From: Microthyrium microscopicum | Lineage: Eukaryota | NCBI GenBank assembly: GCA_010405405.1 | Contig: MU004245.1 | Location: 189,256-253,255, forward strand | Reading direction: 5' to 3' | Length of the DNA stretch: 64,000 nucleotides | Shown: positions 1 to 12,469 of the stretch, in pieces | Layout of the letters: every line of letters starts with the position of its first letter | Numbering within the stretch: the stretch's first letter is position 1 | Program-made: the position numbers and the translations under genes | Notes under the pieces: generated by a model | Databases searched by the model: none | Seen by the model: only the letters and a program-made list of their open reading frames with translations | Told to the model about the DNA's origin: nothing

Positions 1-1895
1 CAAATTGGAGCGGGTCATCATCTTCGAGCATCTGCCGACATCACTCCCTTTGCCTCCCCATCTCTGTCGGGTCGTGGGATTAGACCATCATCCGAAGTCT
101 ACTACAACCAGGCCAACCAAGGCCAAGGTCAGAGCATCGATGATTTAGACAAGGCCACCCAGCAATGGCTTGCGGACATCGATCAATATGAAGCTACTCT
201 AGAGGAAATGGCTACTGCTACCCTTGATCAAGATTTCAAAGATGAATTGAGCGCAATTGAACAATGGTTCAGGGTCCTTAGCGAGGCTGAACGAACCTCT
301 GCTCTGTATGCCCTTTTGCAGCAGACCACTCAGGTTCAGATTCGATTCTTTATTCAGGTTCTACAGGAAATGGCCAAGACCCACCCTATATCTGGTATTT
401 TGACCCCCGCCAACTTCGGCCAAAAGGGTCAGTCCTGCGATGGCCTAGAGATTTCCGTGCTAACATTTGCAGATCCCATGTCTCAAAAGCTCACTGACGC
501 TATGAGCAAACTTGGAGTCGAAGGCTCCCGAAATTCTGTCGGTCTGAGCCGTCCTCCACCTTCACCCGGCGCAAAACGTCTCTCGGGGCTCGATCCATCC
601 ATTATTAGTTCCATGTTTCCCGACGCCGCCGCGGCAATCGCCAAGCAAAAGGAGCAGTTCACCCAGCAGACTGGAATGGCTCCACCATCTACTCGTAACA
701 GCATCATAGGTGATCGTACCTCTCTCATCGGGGATCGCACTTCCCTGGTCGGTGATCGAAGCTCTTTGATTGCTCCAACCATTTCTGCTCCCGAGGAGAA
801 CAAAAAAGATGCTTCCGCTGCACCTTCTTCGCCTTGGGCTCAGCGCGGTGCTGATGGCCAGCGACCAAAGTCCTCTTCTAGTCAACAGCCACCAATGGGT
901 CAATTCATTCAACCACCTCCTTCAGCTGGCGGGTTGAGATCCCCACGACCACCTCAAATTTCGGGTGATACCAATTTGCAAAGCACCACTTTGAATGCGC
1001 CAGAAGGACAGGCGATTCCTCTCCTTTCTCCATATCATGGAAGCGGCAATTGGGCATCCATGGTCAACACGCCTATGGTCCCAAATTTTGCCAACCAACA
1101 AGGCGCAAACCAGGCAGAAATGGTTGCCAATGCCACGGCCATGAAGCTTGCTGCGCTTTCAACCGTGAACAACAGGATCCAATTTGACGATGTACGCAAG
1201 TACCGCCGGTCGAGATCAAACGACGGTCAAGGACATGGTATTCCCCCATCTCCAGGCATTCCAGCCAACTTCATTATGACCAACGAGCATGGTCAAATGC
1301 TTACTCCACAACAAGCCGCCGCGCTTCAAGCTCAACAGCTAGCTGCGCTGAATGCGCGACGATCCAGGCCAAACTCGCCAGGGGTGTTTCTGTCTGGCGC
1401 TCCAAATCTTCATGCTTTGGGCTTCCAAGCTCCCCAAAATAATGCCTTTTTAACCACTCTGGATGCCAACGCCGCGATGGCAGCTGGCATGAATATTGGT
1501 CAATTCGGCATGGGCATGGGCATGGCTGGTGGCGATGGCTATCTTTCCGATCATGGTGATATGCGTCAACGTGGACGTTCTCCTCGTGGTAGACGTGGTA
1601 GCTCCAAGCCTCCAGAGGATCCTACAGATGCACATCTCTTGCAGGATATTCCATCTTGGCTTCGTAGCTTGCGTTTGCACAAGTATACGGATAACTTGAA
1701 AGACCTCAAGTGGCAAGAGCTTATTGAGCTCGACGATGATGGTCTAGAGAAACGGGGCGTTGCTGCAGTTGGTGCTCGACGCAAGATGCTCAAGGTAGGT
1801 TCATTTCTTATTACGCTTGCTTCGATTATTTACTAATTTCCTACCAGGTTTTCGAGCAGGTCAAGGAGGCCAAGGAGACTGGAAAGGTCAATTAA
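1..1895 (+). CDS. VTS1: SAM-domain RNA-binding protein Vts1/Smaug (5' end lies outside the window)
   Basis: N-terminal '[36 protein letters not shown]' and C-terminal SAM domain '[50 protein letters not shown]'. Frame is open from base 1. Introns at 428-472 (in frame) and 1795-1847; last exon [15 protein letters not shown], stop TAA at 1893-1895. Confidence 0.92.
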
Positions 1896-2647
1896 ACTGG
1901 CGCAAGCCATTAGAAAGGTATCCACCGGGAATCATTGGGAACTAATGGTGTCTTGCAAGAGAAATGCATGGAGTCTGGGAAAGAGGATTTTTTTGGCATA
2001 AACCATTGATTTACATGGTATCCGGACAGCAAGATTACAAAATAGTGATGGCTTTTTACTTAGCTCCAACCACTACTATTCAGACACATATATGACAGAC
2101 AGAAGATGAGATATCAAACACATTCACGGTTCATTCAAGGTTTTTGGCTTTTGATTTTAATACAAATATCTGAAGTGAACCAGTGAAATGATAGATACTA
2201 GCTCGGATAGACGCGGAGTGGGGTCTTCTGCTTTGAATGCAGGTCTCAATGTTGCAAACCTACGATTGATCCTTTATCCGGATGCGGGTGGAAACGTGTG
2301 AGAGTTGAGCTATCAGATGCAAATTCATGGTGTGCATATCCTAGTGCTGCAGGTGGATTATTGAAGCAAGGATAGCAGCTTATACGTCTATTGTTTGCTA
2401 TTACTACTGTAGAGTACTCCCCACTACTGCCCGTTCATATGACGATATCATGATTGTCCAGTGGACCTGATATCATTCCACTTTATTATCTGTTTCACCT
2501 CCCACTGTCCTCCTCCTCTTCTTCTTCTCTAGCTCTCTCAGAACCACCCTTTGATACCCAGTGCTAATATATAAGCTCTGCTTGCTCATACATTTGGTCA
2601 ATTGACAGCTTGCCACTATCTAGGTATCATCTTCACAATCATAAGAA

Positions 2648-4559
2648 ATGTCTGAAGGTTTAAACTCGCTTCTCAAGGAGCCAATGGACATTGCAGAGGT
2701 ATTTACCACTTCCGTTCAGTGCCTATCGTGCATCTTCCTGACATTTTTTTTACAGTATCTCTTCGCACGCATCAGACAAGCCGGTGTCGAGTCCATATTC
2801 GGCGTCCCAGGCGACTACAATCTAATCGCCCTCGACTACGTCTCCAAAAACGGCCTTACATGGGTCGGTGATGCCAACGAGCTCAACGCCGGTTCGTCCA
2901 TAACTCCTACAAATTCCCTCTCTGCGATCTCTCATAATTAACCACTTTATCCAGGCTACGCAGCAGACGGTTATGCCCGCATCAAAGGCCTCGCCGCCCT
3001 CGTAACAACCTTCGGCGTCGGCGAATTGAGCGCTATCAACGCCCTTGCCGGCGCATACTCCGAATACGTGCCAATAATCCATATTGTGGGCTGTCCTTCC
3101 ACCATCAACCAGGCAAACGGCATGCTGCTCCATCATACGCTAGGCAATGGCGACTTTACTGTCTTCAAGAACATGGCTGCGAATGTATCTGTGGCGGTGG
3201 CTGATTTGAGTAATCCACAGACGGCGGCACATGTGATTGATGATGCGATTACAAAGTGCTGGATTGAAAGTCGGCCGGTGTATATATGGCTGCCGACAGA
3301 TGTGGTGAGATGCAAGGTGGAAGGCAAGAGGCTGGAGACGAAGTTGGCGTTGAGCTTCAAGCCGAATGATGCGGAGAAGGAGAAGTATGTTACGAGTGTG
3401 GTGTTGAAGCATTTGACGGATGCAAAGAATCCGATGGTGTTGGTTGATGCTTGTGCTGTGAGACATCGTGTGAGTTTATTCGACAGAAGATGTCGAAAGA
3501 ACTTATTCTGACTATGACTAGGCACAGGAGGAGGTTGCAGAGTTTCTCAAAGTGTCTGGCCTCCCCTTTGTCACATCTCCAATGGGCAAAGGTGCTGTTG
3601 ACGAGAGTATGCCCAACTACGCGGGAATATACGCTGGAAGTGGCTCGGCACCAAAAGTCAAAGAGCGAGTTGAGGCATCGGATCTTGTCATTACAGTCGG
3701 CTCTATCAAGTCTGACTTCAATACCTCTGGCTTCACATACAAAGTCAGCACTTTGAACACCGTCGACTTGCACAGCAACCGAACAGCCGTTGCGTTCTCT
3801 GAATACCCTGGCGTGCGTATGAACGGCGTGCTGACTAGCCTCACCAAAGAGCTGAAGTCCAAGAACATCAAGCTCAACATCGTGCCAGGCCCCAAAATTA
3901 CAAATTCCATTCCAGAGTCTGAATCTTCCACCGGCACCATTACCCACGCCTGGCTCTGGCCTCGTCTGGGCAAATGGCTTGAGCCAAACGATGTCGTGGT
4001 TACTGAGACCGGTACTGCCAACTTTGGCATCATGGAGACACATTTTCCACCAGGTGTCCGCTCCATCAACCAGTATCTATGGGGTTCCATCGGGTACGCA
4101 ACAGGCGCTGCGCAAGGAGCCACTCAGGCCGCGCGCGAGAAGAAGCTCAACCGCACGATCCTGTGGACTGGCGATGGCAGTTTCCAACTGACAGCTCAGG
4201 CCGTTAGCACGATGCTCCGTAATGATCTTGCTCCGATTCTGTTTGTCATTTGCAACAAGGGATATACCATTGAGCGGTTCATCCACGGAATGGAGGCGGA
4301 TTATAATGACGTCCCGGATTGGCATTACAAAGATCTGCCGACGACTTTCGGTGCGCGCGAAGGCCAGTCGAAGGGCTATCAGGTGAAGACCAAGGAGGCA
4401 TTTGAAGAACTCTTATCCGACAAGGAGTTTAGCAATGGCCAGAGTAAAGTGTTGCGCTTCGTTGAGGTCCATATGGAGATGGAGGATGCGCCATATTTGT
4501 TGAAAATTACGTCCGAGGCTGCTGCTAAGGGTATCGAGGCGCAACAGGGCGAGCAATAA
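2648..4559 (+). CDS. PDC: Pyruvate decarboxylase (ThDP-dependent)
   Basis: Motifs [15 protein letters not shown](G)[39 protein letters not shown] and ThDP motif GDGSFQLT...CNKGYTIER. Introns 2699-2755, 2892-2954, 3470-3521. TATA-like TATATAA near 2568. Confidence 0.93.
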
Positions 4560-4659
4560 GAGGATATCGGATGGTAGCACATATATAGGCGATGTGTGTC
4601 CGGGAAGGCGTAATGCAAAAATGTAACGATGACAGCCAGCAATCCAAATCTCGATATAA

Positions 4660-5544
4660 TCACAGCTCCTCCTTCTCCGCCTCCACCAACCTTTTATCAA
4701 AGATTTCCCTAAACCCAGGCTGATACCAACTCCAAATATTCAACCCAATCTTCGTCCCCTTCCGCACCGGCATCCCCGCATGCCACAACTCCTCCCATCC
4801 CCGTCCATCAGGCTTGAAATTCTCCCAATACACCGCACTCCCCGCCACCGGCCGAAACGTCACGCCCGTTCTCTCCTCCTCTTCCTCCCCATCAGCACAT
4901 TCAATGTACTCACACCACTCTGCACCCTTCGGCTTCTCCAACCGCGGAAACTCCGTTCCTCCACCTTCACACCCCTCACACGCAACATACACCATCAATG
5001 TGCTAACCCGTCCACCGCCCCGCGCACTTAGTTCGCCCGCCCAGTCAAAATGGTGGCTATAATGTCCACCAGCCTCGTATCGCTGCGCCCAGAGCCGCTC
5101 GACGTACGTGTCGACCGGCCAACCTTGCAGTGCTAGTGCGCGCGACTCTATGCATTGTACTATATCATCACGCGGCAGTTGGGCGCGAGAGGAGTTGCGG
5201 ATGGACATGTCGATGGAGGCCTGGGTGCCGGCGTAAATTGGCGATTGAGCGTAGAGCGGGTTGGCGAGGGATGTGATGTGATCGCGTTCGTTTGGGGTGA
5301 GGAAGGAGGGGATGTAGAGTATCAGGGGAGAGCGAGAGAGAAGGTGGATTGGGTATGTGTGGTTTGGACATGAGAGGGAAGGGGAGGGTAGGACGAGGGT
5401 GTTGTTGGGGTCGAGGGAATTTGCTGGTGGAAGGGATGGAGCGGAGAAGAGGATTGTGGAGAGAGGCGAGAGTATGAATATGTAGGTGGGTATTATGAGT
5501 AGGGTGTACTGGAGTAGGGATGCGGGAGATGTTGATATTGCCAT
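4660..5544 (-). CDS. Prolyl 4-hydroxylase-like 2OG-Fe(II) oxygenase with N-terminal membrane anchor
   Basis: Intronless 294-aa ORF with LSRSPLILYIPSFLT, RYEAGGHYSHHFDW (HxD), GGGTEFP, WHAGMPVRKGTKIGLNIW; hydrophobic N-terminus. Confidence 0.85.
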   Translation of the reverse strand: MAISTSPASLLQYTLLIIPTYIFILSPLSTILFSAPSLPPANSLDPNNTLVLPSPSLSCPNHTYPIHLLSRSPLILYIPSFLTPNERDHITSLANPLYAQSPIYAGTQASIDMSIRNSSRAQLPRDDIVQCIESRALALQGWPVDTYVERLWAQRYEAGGHYSHHFDWAGELSARGGGRVSTLMVYVACEGCEGGGTEFPRLEKPKGAEWCEYIECADGEEEEERTGVTFRPVAGSAVYWENFKPDGRGWEELWHAGMPVRKGTKIGLNIWSWYQPGFREIFDKRLVEAEKEEL

Positions 5545-5999
5545 GTTGAAGGATAGAGGTGACTGGTGCGGTTGTTATTTTGGTTGTTTAATGACAGTGG
5601 TTGGGTATAGGTTGTAAAGACTGTAAGACCGGTCAAGAATATTTAAAGATTGAATGGTTAAGGACTCGTCATGGCTGTAGATGTACTCTTGCTCCGCGCT
5701 TTCGCACCTTTGGACATGGGAAGAGTAGTTCCGAGTTGCTGATGTTCGATAAATAAGGGGCAGAGATCCGCGGCTAATATTTTTATATCTGGCGCTTAAG
5801 CAAGGTACCGCGCTTAGAGCTAGGGTCGCTTTGGCAGCTTATCTCGACCAATCAGAGCGAGGGTCGCCCTGAAGCTGCAGTCGCGGTTTGGAACTTTGCG
5901 ACAACTTGCCCTCGTCGCATACATCGACGCGCTCCCTCTTCCCATCTACTGTCACTCCCTGAATAATCCTCATTGTTGTTACGCATACTCCCGCGCATC

Positions 6000-8983
6000 A
6001 TGGCTCCCACTCGGGCCTCTGAGGTAAGCTTCCCTCTCTTCTTTCACTCTGATCCTTTTTGTCACCACAAAACCAGCATACTATGCTAGCCATCGCAGCC
6101 ATTGGATGTCTCTTGCGCCCGTTCCATACTGACACTTAGATAGTCCAAGGCATCGCCAACGCCACCTAAAGACGACAATGCCGACTCTCCTGTCAATGAA
6201 ACTGCCGCAAACGACGATGGGCACCATGCCACCGCAGAGCCCACCATAGAATCGACCGTGACCGAAGAACAACTCGATGGCATGCATACAGTCCTCAACA
6301 ATGTGTACCGCTTCCGCACAGCTGATGGAGAAGATCCGTCCAAGCTCTTTCAACGCAAAGTCAACCGACGTATACTGCCCGACTACTACGATGTCATCAA
6401 GGAGCCCATGGCCATGTCAACCATCAAGGCGAAGTTGGCTAATCGCGAATACAAGGCGTTTGAAGAGTTTGTTCGAGACTGGGCCTTGATCAGTCATAAT
6501 GCCCAAGTGTACAATTCTCCCAATGCGCAGGCTTACGTGGATGCTCTCGTTATCAAGGATGTGGTTTCCAAGCAGCTACAGCTTCTTGTGGATCAAGGGG
6601 TGATTACCAAGGAGGTTTCAGTTTGGCCATTCTTGGGCGAAATCCCACCTGCTGATGAAGTTGTTGCCGAGGAAGAGGAAGAAGAAGAGGACGATGAAGA
6701 GGAGGAAGAAGACGATGAAGAAGATGAGGAAGAAGATGAAGAGGATGGCCGAAAGAAGCGGAAGCGTGGTCGAATCTCCACGGCCGCTAAGCGCGAGTCC
6801 AAAGGCGAAGAGAAAGAGAAGGATGAAGATCCAGAGTTGCGAAAGAAGAGGGGTAGACCTCCGCGTGTCGACACTCCAATGGAAGCCCGCATCAAGGCAA
6901 TCATGAAAGGTCTCAGAAAGCCGAAGAACAGCAACGGGGATCTCATGATTCTGTCTTTTGAAAGATTACCTGATAAGCAAGAACTACCCGACTATTTTAA
7001 TGAGATCAAGAATCCAATGGCGCTGGATGGCATCAAGAGAAAGCTGAAACGGAAGAAGTACACGTCTGTTGATCAGTTCATGAGAGATGTTAATCTGATG
7101 TTCGATAATGCCAAGCAATACAACCAGGATGAAAGTCAAATATACAAGGACGCTGTCGAACTTCAACAAGAAGGAAAGTCTCTAGCAGAGGCTGAGAAAG
7201 CGAAACCAGATTCCGATTTCACCATGGAAGATGGTAGAATACCAATGCCCGAAGGCATCTTGCATAATGGCGAGGTCTGGAAAGTTGGTGAGCAAACCCT
7301 ATCCGACTTTTTGTTTTCTTGAATTAACCTTTTGTCTAGGCGACTGGGTTCATATTCAGAACGCCAATGACCTAACAAAACCGATTGTGGCTCAGATATA
7401 TCGTACCTGGCGTGATCAAGATGGCGCCAAGTGGGTAAATGCCTGTTGGTACTATCGCCCCGAACAAACCATTCATCGTTTTGATCGTCATTTCTACGAA
7501 AATGAGGTTATGAAGACAGGTCAATATCGCGACCATCCTATCGACGAGGTCATTGACCGATGTTTTGTCATGTTTTTCACTCGATACAACAAAGGCCGAC
7601 CTAGAAACTTTCCAGCAGACAAGGAAGTTTACGTTTGCGAGTGCCGATACAACGAGGAAAAGCATAAGCTGAACAAAATCAAGACTTGGGCCAGCTGTTT
7701 GCCTGACGAGGTTCGCGATAAGGATTACGAAATGGATCTGTACGATGCGCCCAAGAAATTGAAGAAGGTACCAAGTCCAATCAAGTATCTATTCAAAGAA
7801 GGCGAGCAGAAAGAAACCGACGATTTACCCAAACCAATCTGGGGAGCGCCTAATGCTCCTCCCAAGATTGGAGCGGTTCATACTCGGCCCAGAGATCCAA
7901 AGGTAAGTTACTGTTTGTTGTTTGATAATGTAAGGTGCGTCAGAAATCTATTGCTAACACACTCAGGACTCTCCACCTCCAGAACCTACTCCAACACCAC
8001 CACCACAACCTCCACCGCAACCGATAAGACAAATGTCTTCCCATCATGCCAATGGCTATCCACTTGACAGACCCAATAATATCAATACTGCGGCTGCAAA
8101 CACGCCTAGGCATAATTCCCATCAAATGCCCACCTCTCAAGCTCTTGCTACTCCAGGGTCGTACACACCAGGCCATGGAGGTCATGTCTCACAATATCAT
8201 CCTTCTCCTTCACCAGCGCCCGGCCATGCGCAGTTGCCTCATAGTAACAGCTATGCTGGACACCATGCGCCATCATTTCCTCATCATCCGGCTCAGCAGC
8301 AAGTGAATTACAACAGCCCCGCGCAACATTCGCAGGTTCGCCAGGCTCAAGGCCCACCTCCCGCGTATAAGGCACCAAATCAGGTCGAAGTGTGGCATCT
8401 GCCTGACTCTGCGAATGCCAGCATTCCCGAAGATATCCGCAATCAATTCCAACAAGACGCCAATGGTCGCGTCCTCTTCTTCACCGCTCCTCCAGCCGTT
8501 TCCTCAACAGATACAAAAAAGAAGCTCAAGCATACACCTGGCTATCTGGCCTTCAGAGCCAAGCAAATCCGCGAAAAGCTGGAAGCCAAAAAACGCCGTG
8601 ACAATGAAACCACTGCCGGCGCTGAACAGCCCTTGGCCAAGAAGGCTCGCATGCAAGAGCCCCCAACCTTTGCCGAACTCGAATTCGACGAAAATGGTAT
8701 CCCAACCAAGGCAATTGAGTACATCAACGACTTGCTGATGGACTCGACCATTGCGCAGCTCAAAGCGACGCACGGCGAAGAAGGTGCCAAACAGGCACTC
8801 GAAGTGCACATGGACTATGTCAGCGCGGCATGGCAGGCGCGTGCAGATGAGCGGGAGCGCACTGCACAGGCGCAAGCAGAACGAATGGCCAAGGCCAAAG
8901 CAGAGTCGAAAATCACTGGCTTGTCAAGATTGCTTGATTACAAGCCACCTAATGAACAATTAGAGTGGCCGGATCGACATTGA
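6000..8983 (+). CDS. RSC1: RSC chromatin-remodelling subunit Rsc1/Rsc2-like (two bromodomains, AT-hook, BAH domain)
   Basis: Bromodomains (LPDYYDVIKEPMAM..NAQVYN; LPDYFNEIKNPMAL..NAKQYN), AT-hook KKRGRPPR, BAH domain (GDWVHIQNANDLTKPIVAQIYRTW..ACWYYRPEQT). Introns 6024-6143, 7288-7339, 7903-7966 all keep frame. Confidence 0.9.
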
Positions 8984-9964
8984 GTCCGTTTCTTGGACAC
9001 CTCTGGCATGGCATGGATGAGCTGATAAAGAAATTCAGGATATGAGTACCGGTTCGATGCTCAAATCGTGCAACGAAAAATTGTACGAATATTGCTGTAG
9101 GGATAAGTTCAATAGGAACTGGGCAGCACGTGTTTGAATGCCGTGTTTCAAAAGCTTGAGTAGACGGAGCTACGGACATGACTGATGGAAAGCTAAGATA
9201 CTGCTTGATATCGTCGAATGATAATTATTCTTCAAGCCCATGCGCATATTGTACCGATATAGCTAACTCGAGAGAATAGTGTCAGTAAATACCTTCATTC
9301 CATTGTGCGAATATCTGCCTCTTTTAAAAATCCATCACGCATGAGCGACCTTTCAACTTGGGACAAAATTCTCCTTCTGGCGACCTCTTTATGATGATAC
9401 TCCTTTCCATTTCGTGGTCTAGAATGATATCCCTTGGGCCAAGACTTCTCCTGGCCAAAATTGGTCGAAAATCCGACGCCATGTTTTTCAGCTTTCAAAC
9501 TATCAACTCAGGGGGAAATTCTCCGATCAAATCAAAATTATAAGACATGAGACTATCTCTCGAGGCCGACCAAACCCCTCTTGCTCGATGACTTTTCCAG
9601 GCTATATCTTGATAGCTTGACATCCATTTAATGTCAACCACGGGAACCATTCAGGGGCCAACCTCTCATCAAATGCCAGTGACGAATGTGAGCAACTTGT
9701 GTCTATCAAGTGGTCCAAGATCTCTTTAATAGAGTCAGCCTTGAACATCAGTCTTCTCCCACCACTTTTCATAAATCGTCAAGATCAGCTCCCAAATTTT
9801 GAATTTCCTTGGGCACAAATCCAACACTTGTGCCTCCCCAAACTGTCACCACTCCTTTAGCATTTACGACTCACGAATCTGCTATATCGCTTGTATATCA
9901 CTGTACTACTACTTGTACTATATCTTCACTTTTTCACATTTTGTCACTACAGTCCACTGCTATC

Positions 9965-10813
9965 ATGCTTTTTATCCATCTCCTTCCCTTTGCCCTGCTC
10001 GCTTCCGCCCGCCTCTGGCCCCGTGCTGGTACCACCGTGTCGCCTGATGGATCCTGCGGCAGCACCAGCGGCTACACCTGCGTTGGCTATGGTGATGGAT
10101 CCTGCTGTAGCGCAGCCAACTTCTGTGGATCTACCGATGGCCATTGTGGTGATGGTTGCCAGAGCAGCTATGGCACATGCGGGTCATCTAATTCCTCGTC
10201 TTCGGCTGTGTCCTCGGCGGCATCCACAGACCAAACGACAGCAGCACCATCCTCAAGCACTGGCATCTCACGGCCACTCAGATTCAACCGAACTGGCCAT
10301 CACCACAGCAAGCATCGACATGGCTGGCGGCATGACTTGTGGAATTCTACCACGGAGAACGGCACGATGTGTAACGATACAACGGTCGACGATCCTGCAT
10401 GTAATGGAACGATGACGAATGACACGTCAGACAGCTCGGATTCAGACGATGATTCGAGTCAAGAGGACGCGGCTTCCAACTCCGACTCGGACTCTGACAC
10501 CGACGACGACGATGATGATGGTACCGAAGATGCTACTGAAGATTCGACTGAAGATGCTACTGCAGCCGCTACTGAAGATGCAGCCTCAGCCGCTACTGAA
10601 GATGCAACCGCAGCCGCTACCGACGAAGCCACGGATGACGAAGACGACACCACGACGCTCACCGAGAATTCTGCCTCCGTTGACGCAGCAGATGCGGACG
10701 ACAGCGACACCTACAGCATGACTCCAACATCCACGGAAATGCCAGATCCGAGCTTGAGCGACGCGGCCACTTCATCAAGTGCCACCGAGACACCCAAACA
10801 TGACAATGCCTAG
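9965..10813 (+). CDS. Secreted hevein/CBM18 chitin-binding protein with acidic Ser/Thr-rich repeat tail
   Basis: ATG at 9965 gives signal-peptide-like MLFIHLLPFALLASA; domain VSPDGSCG-x6-C-x7-CCS-x4-CG-x5-CGDGCQSSYGTC matches the hevein cysteine pattern; tail has TEDA repeats. Confidence 0.85.
   Translation: MLFIHLLPFALLASARLWPRAGTTVSPDGSCGSTSGYTCVGYGDGSCCSAANFCGSTDGHCGDGCQSSYGTCGSSNSSSSAVSSAASTDQTTAAPSSSTGISRPLRFNRTGHHHSKHRHGWRHDLWNSTTENGTMCNDTTVDDPACNGTMTNDTSDSSDSDDDSSQEDAASNSDSDSDTDDDDDDGTEDATEDSTEDATAAATEDAASAATEDATAAATDEATDDEDDTTTLTENSASVDAADADDSDTYSMTPTSTEMPDPSLSDAATSSSATETPKHDNA
10520..10632 (+). repeat. Coding tandem repeat (12/24-nt units, (GCCGCT)ACTGAAGATGC) encoding TEDA/AAATEDA
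   Basis: Repeated actgaagat units directly visible. Confidence 0.8.
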
Positions 10814-11266
10814 GCTACTTACGAAGCTATGAGAACCATGTTGTATTCTACGCAAGCTCACTTGTTCTTAGAAAATAGACTGCTGATTGACATTTTATTT
10901 CTGCTTGCAATCATTGACGCATGTATTTCAACGAGCATCATTGCGATCAAATTTAGACTGCTTGTAACGGCATGCTTATTTACCGCAACTATCTTTCGAC
11001 CTTGCTGCTTTCTATCTCAACTGTATTCTTTTGCTACATCCTGCATTTATGCTTTGAGTTCAGTCTTTTGCATTTCAGCATGAGCATTTCAGCAACACCT
11101 CACATTCTTATGCTTGTAAGTTCATTCTCACTTTCGTAGTCCCATCAAATCAGCATTTGTTCCAATGTACATAGAACGAAAAAAAATAAAAAGTGTCATT
11201 GACACGAACATATAACCTATATCTTGATTTATATAGTTCTTGCGTATGGCAAGTCATTTCTCTTTT

Positions 11267-12040
11267 TCAAAGACAACTTGGAGGCAACCCATGATATTCC
11301 AATCCTGGTCGAGACTTGGTAATAGCAACCTGAATATCCCCGGTAAGCCACACTAATTGGAAGTCATCAGTATGATCATCTCTCTCTTTCGCCGCTTTCC
11401 GGTATTCTTCCCTCCATTCAGCAAGATCCTCATACTTCCCCTCTACTTTCTTCCTGTTCGGTTCATATCCGTGAGGACACCAGTTCCAAGTCTCAAGATT
11501 TGGACGATACCCAACAGGAAAAGGTTTAAAGAGCCCGCAATTCTTGCAAACCTGATAAGGTTTACCCAAAATTCGAATTTTGTTTCCGCGGCTGTATCCC
11601 CTGGCACCCGATGTCTTCCAAGGAACTGTCAGTCCGCATTCGATGCAGAATCGTATAGGTGCTCCTTTGTAGCCGCGGGCACGCTTCCCGGATATCATTT
11701 TGTCGGCGAACTTGGTCGATGGTCGTAGTTGGAGGCAGTGACAACAGGTAAAGAGATTTTTTTTGATAGCCCATTCAGAGTTCTCGGCTGCAAGTAGCTG
11801 CTCATGGGACGGTGCTGGTATAAAATACCGATACTTCCTACCTGTCATCCGAAGGTTGACAGTGTCTTTGAATGTCAGGTACGAGATGACTTCAAGTTGA
11901 AGTTCGGCTGGCAGTGCTGAGAAAGCAAAAGGCTTTGTCATGATAGCTTTAGGTGAGTTTTTGGGGCGCTTGCGAATGCTTGCGAGGTAATTCTTAAGTC
12001 TTCCTATCCGAAAGTCAACTGAAGGCCCAGATGTAGGCAT
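11267..12040 (-). CDS. F-box domain protein with Cys-rich (CxxC) central region
   Basis: F-box-like FSALPAELQLEVISYL..LRMT; CCHC, CIEC and CKNC motifs. True start may be the internal ATG (MTKPFAF) near 11942. Confidence 0.7.
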   Translation of the reverse strand: MPTSGPSVDFRIGRLKNYLASIRKRPKNSPKAIMTKPFAFSALPAELQLEVISYLTFKDTVNLRMTGRKYRYFIPAPSHEQLLAAENSEWAIKKNLFTCCHCLQLRPSTKFADKMISGKRARGYKGAPIRFCIECGLTVPWKTSGARGYSRGNKIRILGKPYQVCKNCGLFKPFPVGYRPNLETWNWCPHGYEPNRKKVEGKYEDLAEWREEYRKAAKERDDHTDDFQLVWLTGDIQVAITKSRPGLEYHGLPPSCL

Positions 12041-12469
12041 TTAGATCGATTCCAATAACTTGGTGTTGTGTAGTTGATGGACGCATTAAAGTCTCCATAT
12101 AATTCATGTATTGAGACTCTAAAGGTACCTAGGTCAGCACTTATATACAAAATGAAAGCTGCCTTGAGTCATAGTTCTCGCCGCTGCGATTAAACATGTC
12201 AAAGACCCGGCCGGCTTGGTTTAATTATAGTATATACTCATCCTTCCAGGGCTGAAATCCAGTCATCTCATCTATACAGCTCCTCCATGCTCCGTATACA
12301 CATTATATCCCACCACAATCTCTTTGGCACCTGTTGATTGAGTGAATTCAGTAGCCTTGGATTCCAAGACTTTTACCATTTTTGTGGTAGCTATCGCTGT
12401 GAGAACATGCCATCTTTTTCGCCAGTTCATTTTCTAGATGCCCATGATTGACTTGATAGAGAAAATCCT

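Noticed and set aside
6668..6746. GAA/GAG/GAT-rich tract as a microsatellite
   Set aside because: Encodes the acidic linker of the Rsc1-like protein.
9809..9964. Upstream TTG/GTG/CTG-type start extensions in the ORF track (also 13369, 44243, 52793, 56155)
   Set aside because: Artefacts of a prokaryotic-style start set; downstream ATGs give proper signal or targeting peptides.
10860..11160. Short GCATTTCAGCA direct repeat and T-rich quasi-repeats as a repeat array
   Set aside because: Only two exact copies with no regular spacing; consistent with ordinary 3' UTR sequence.
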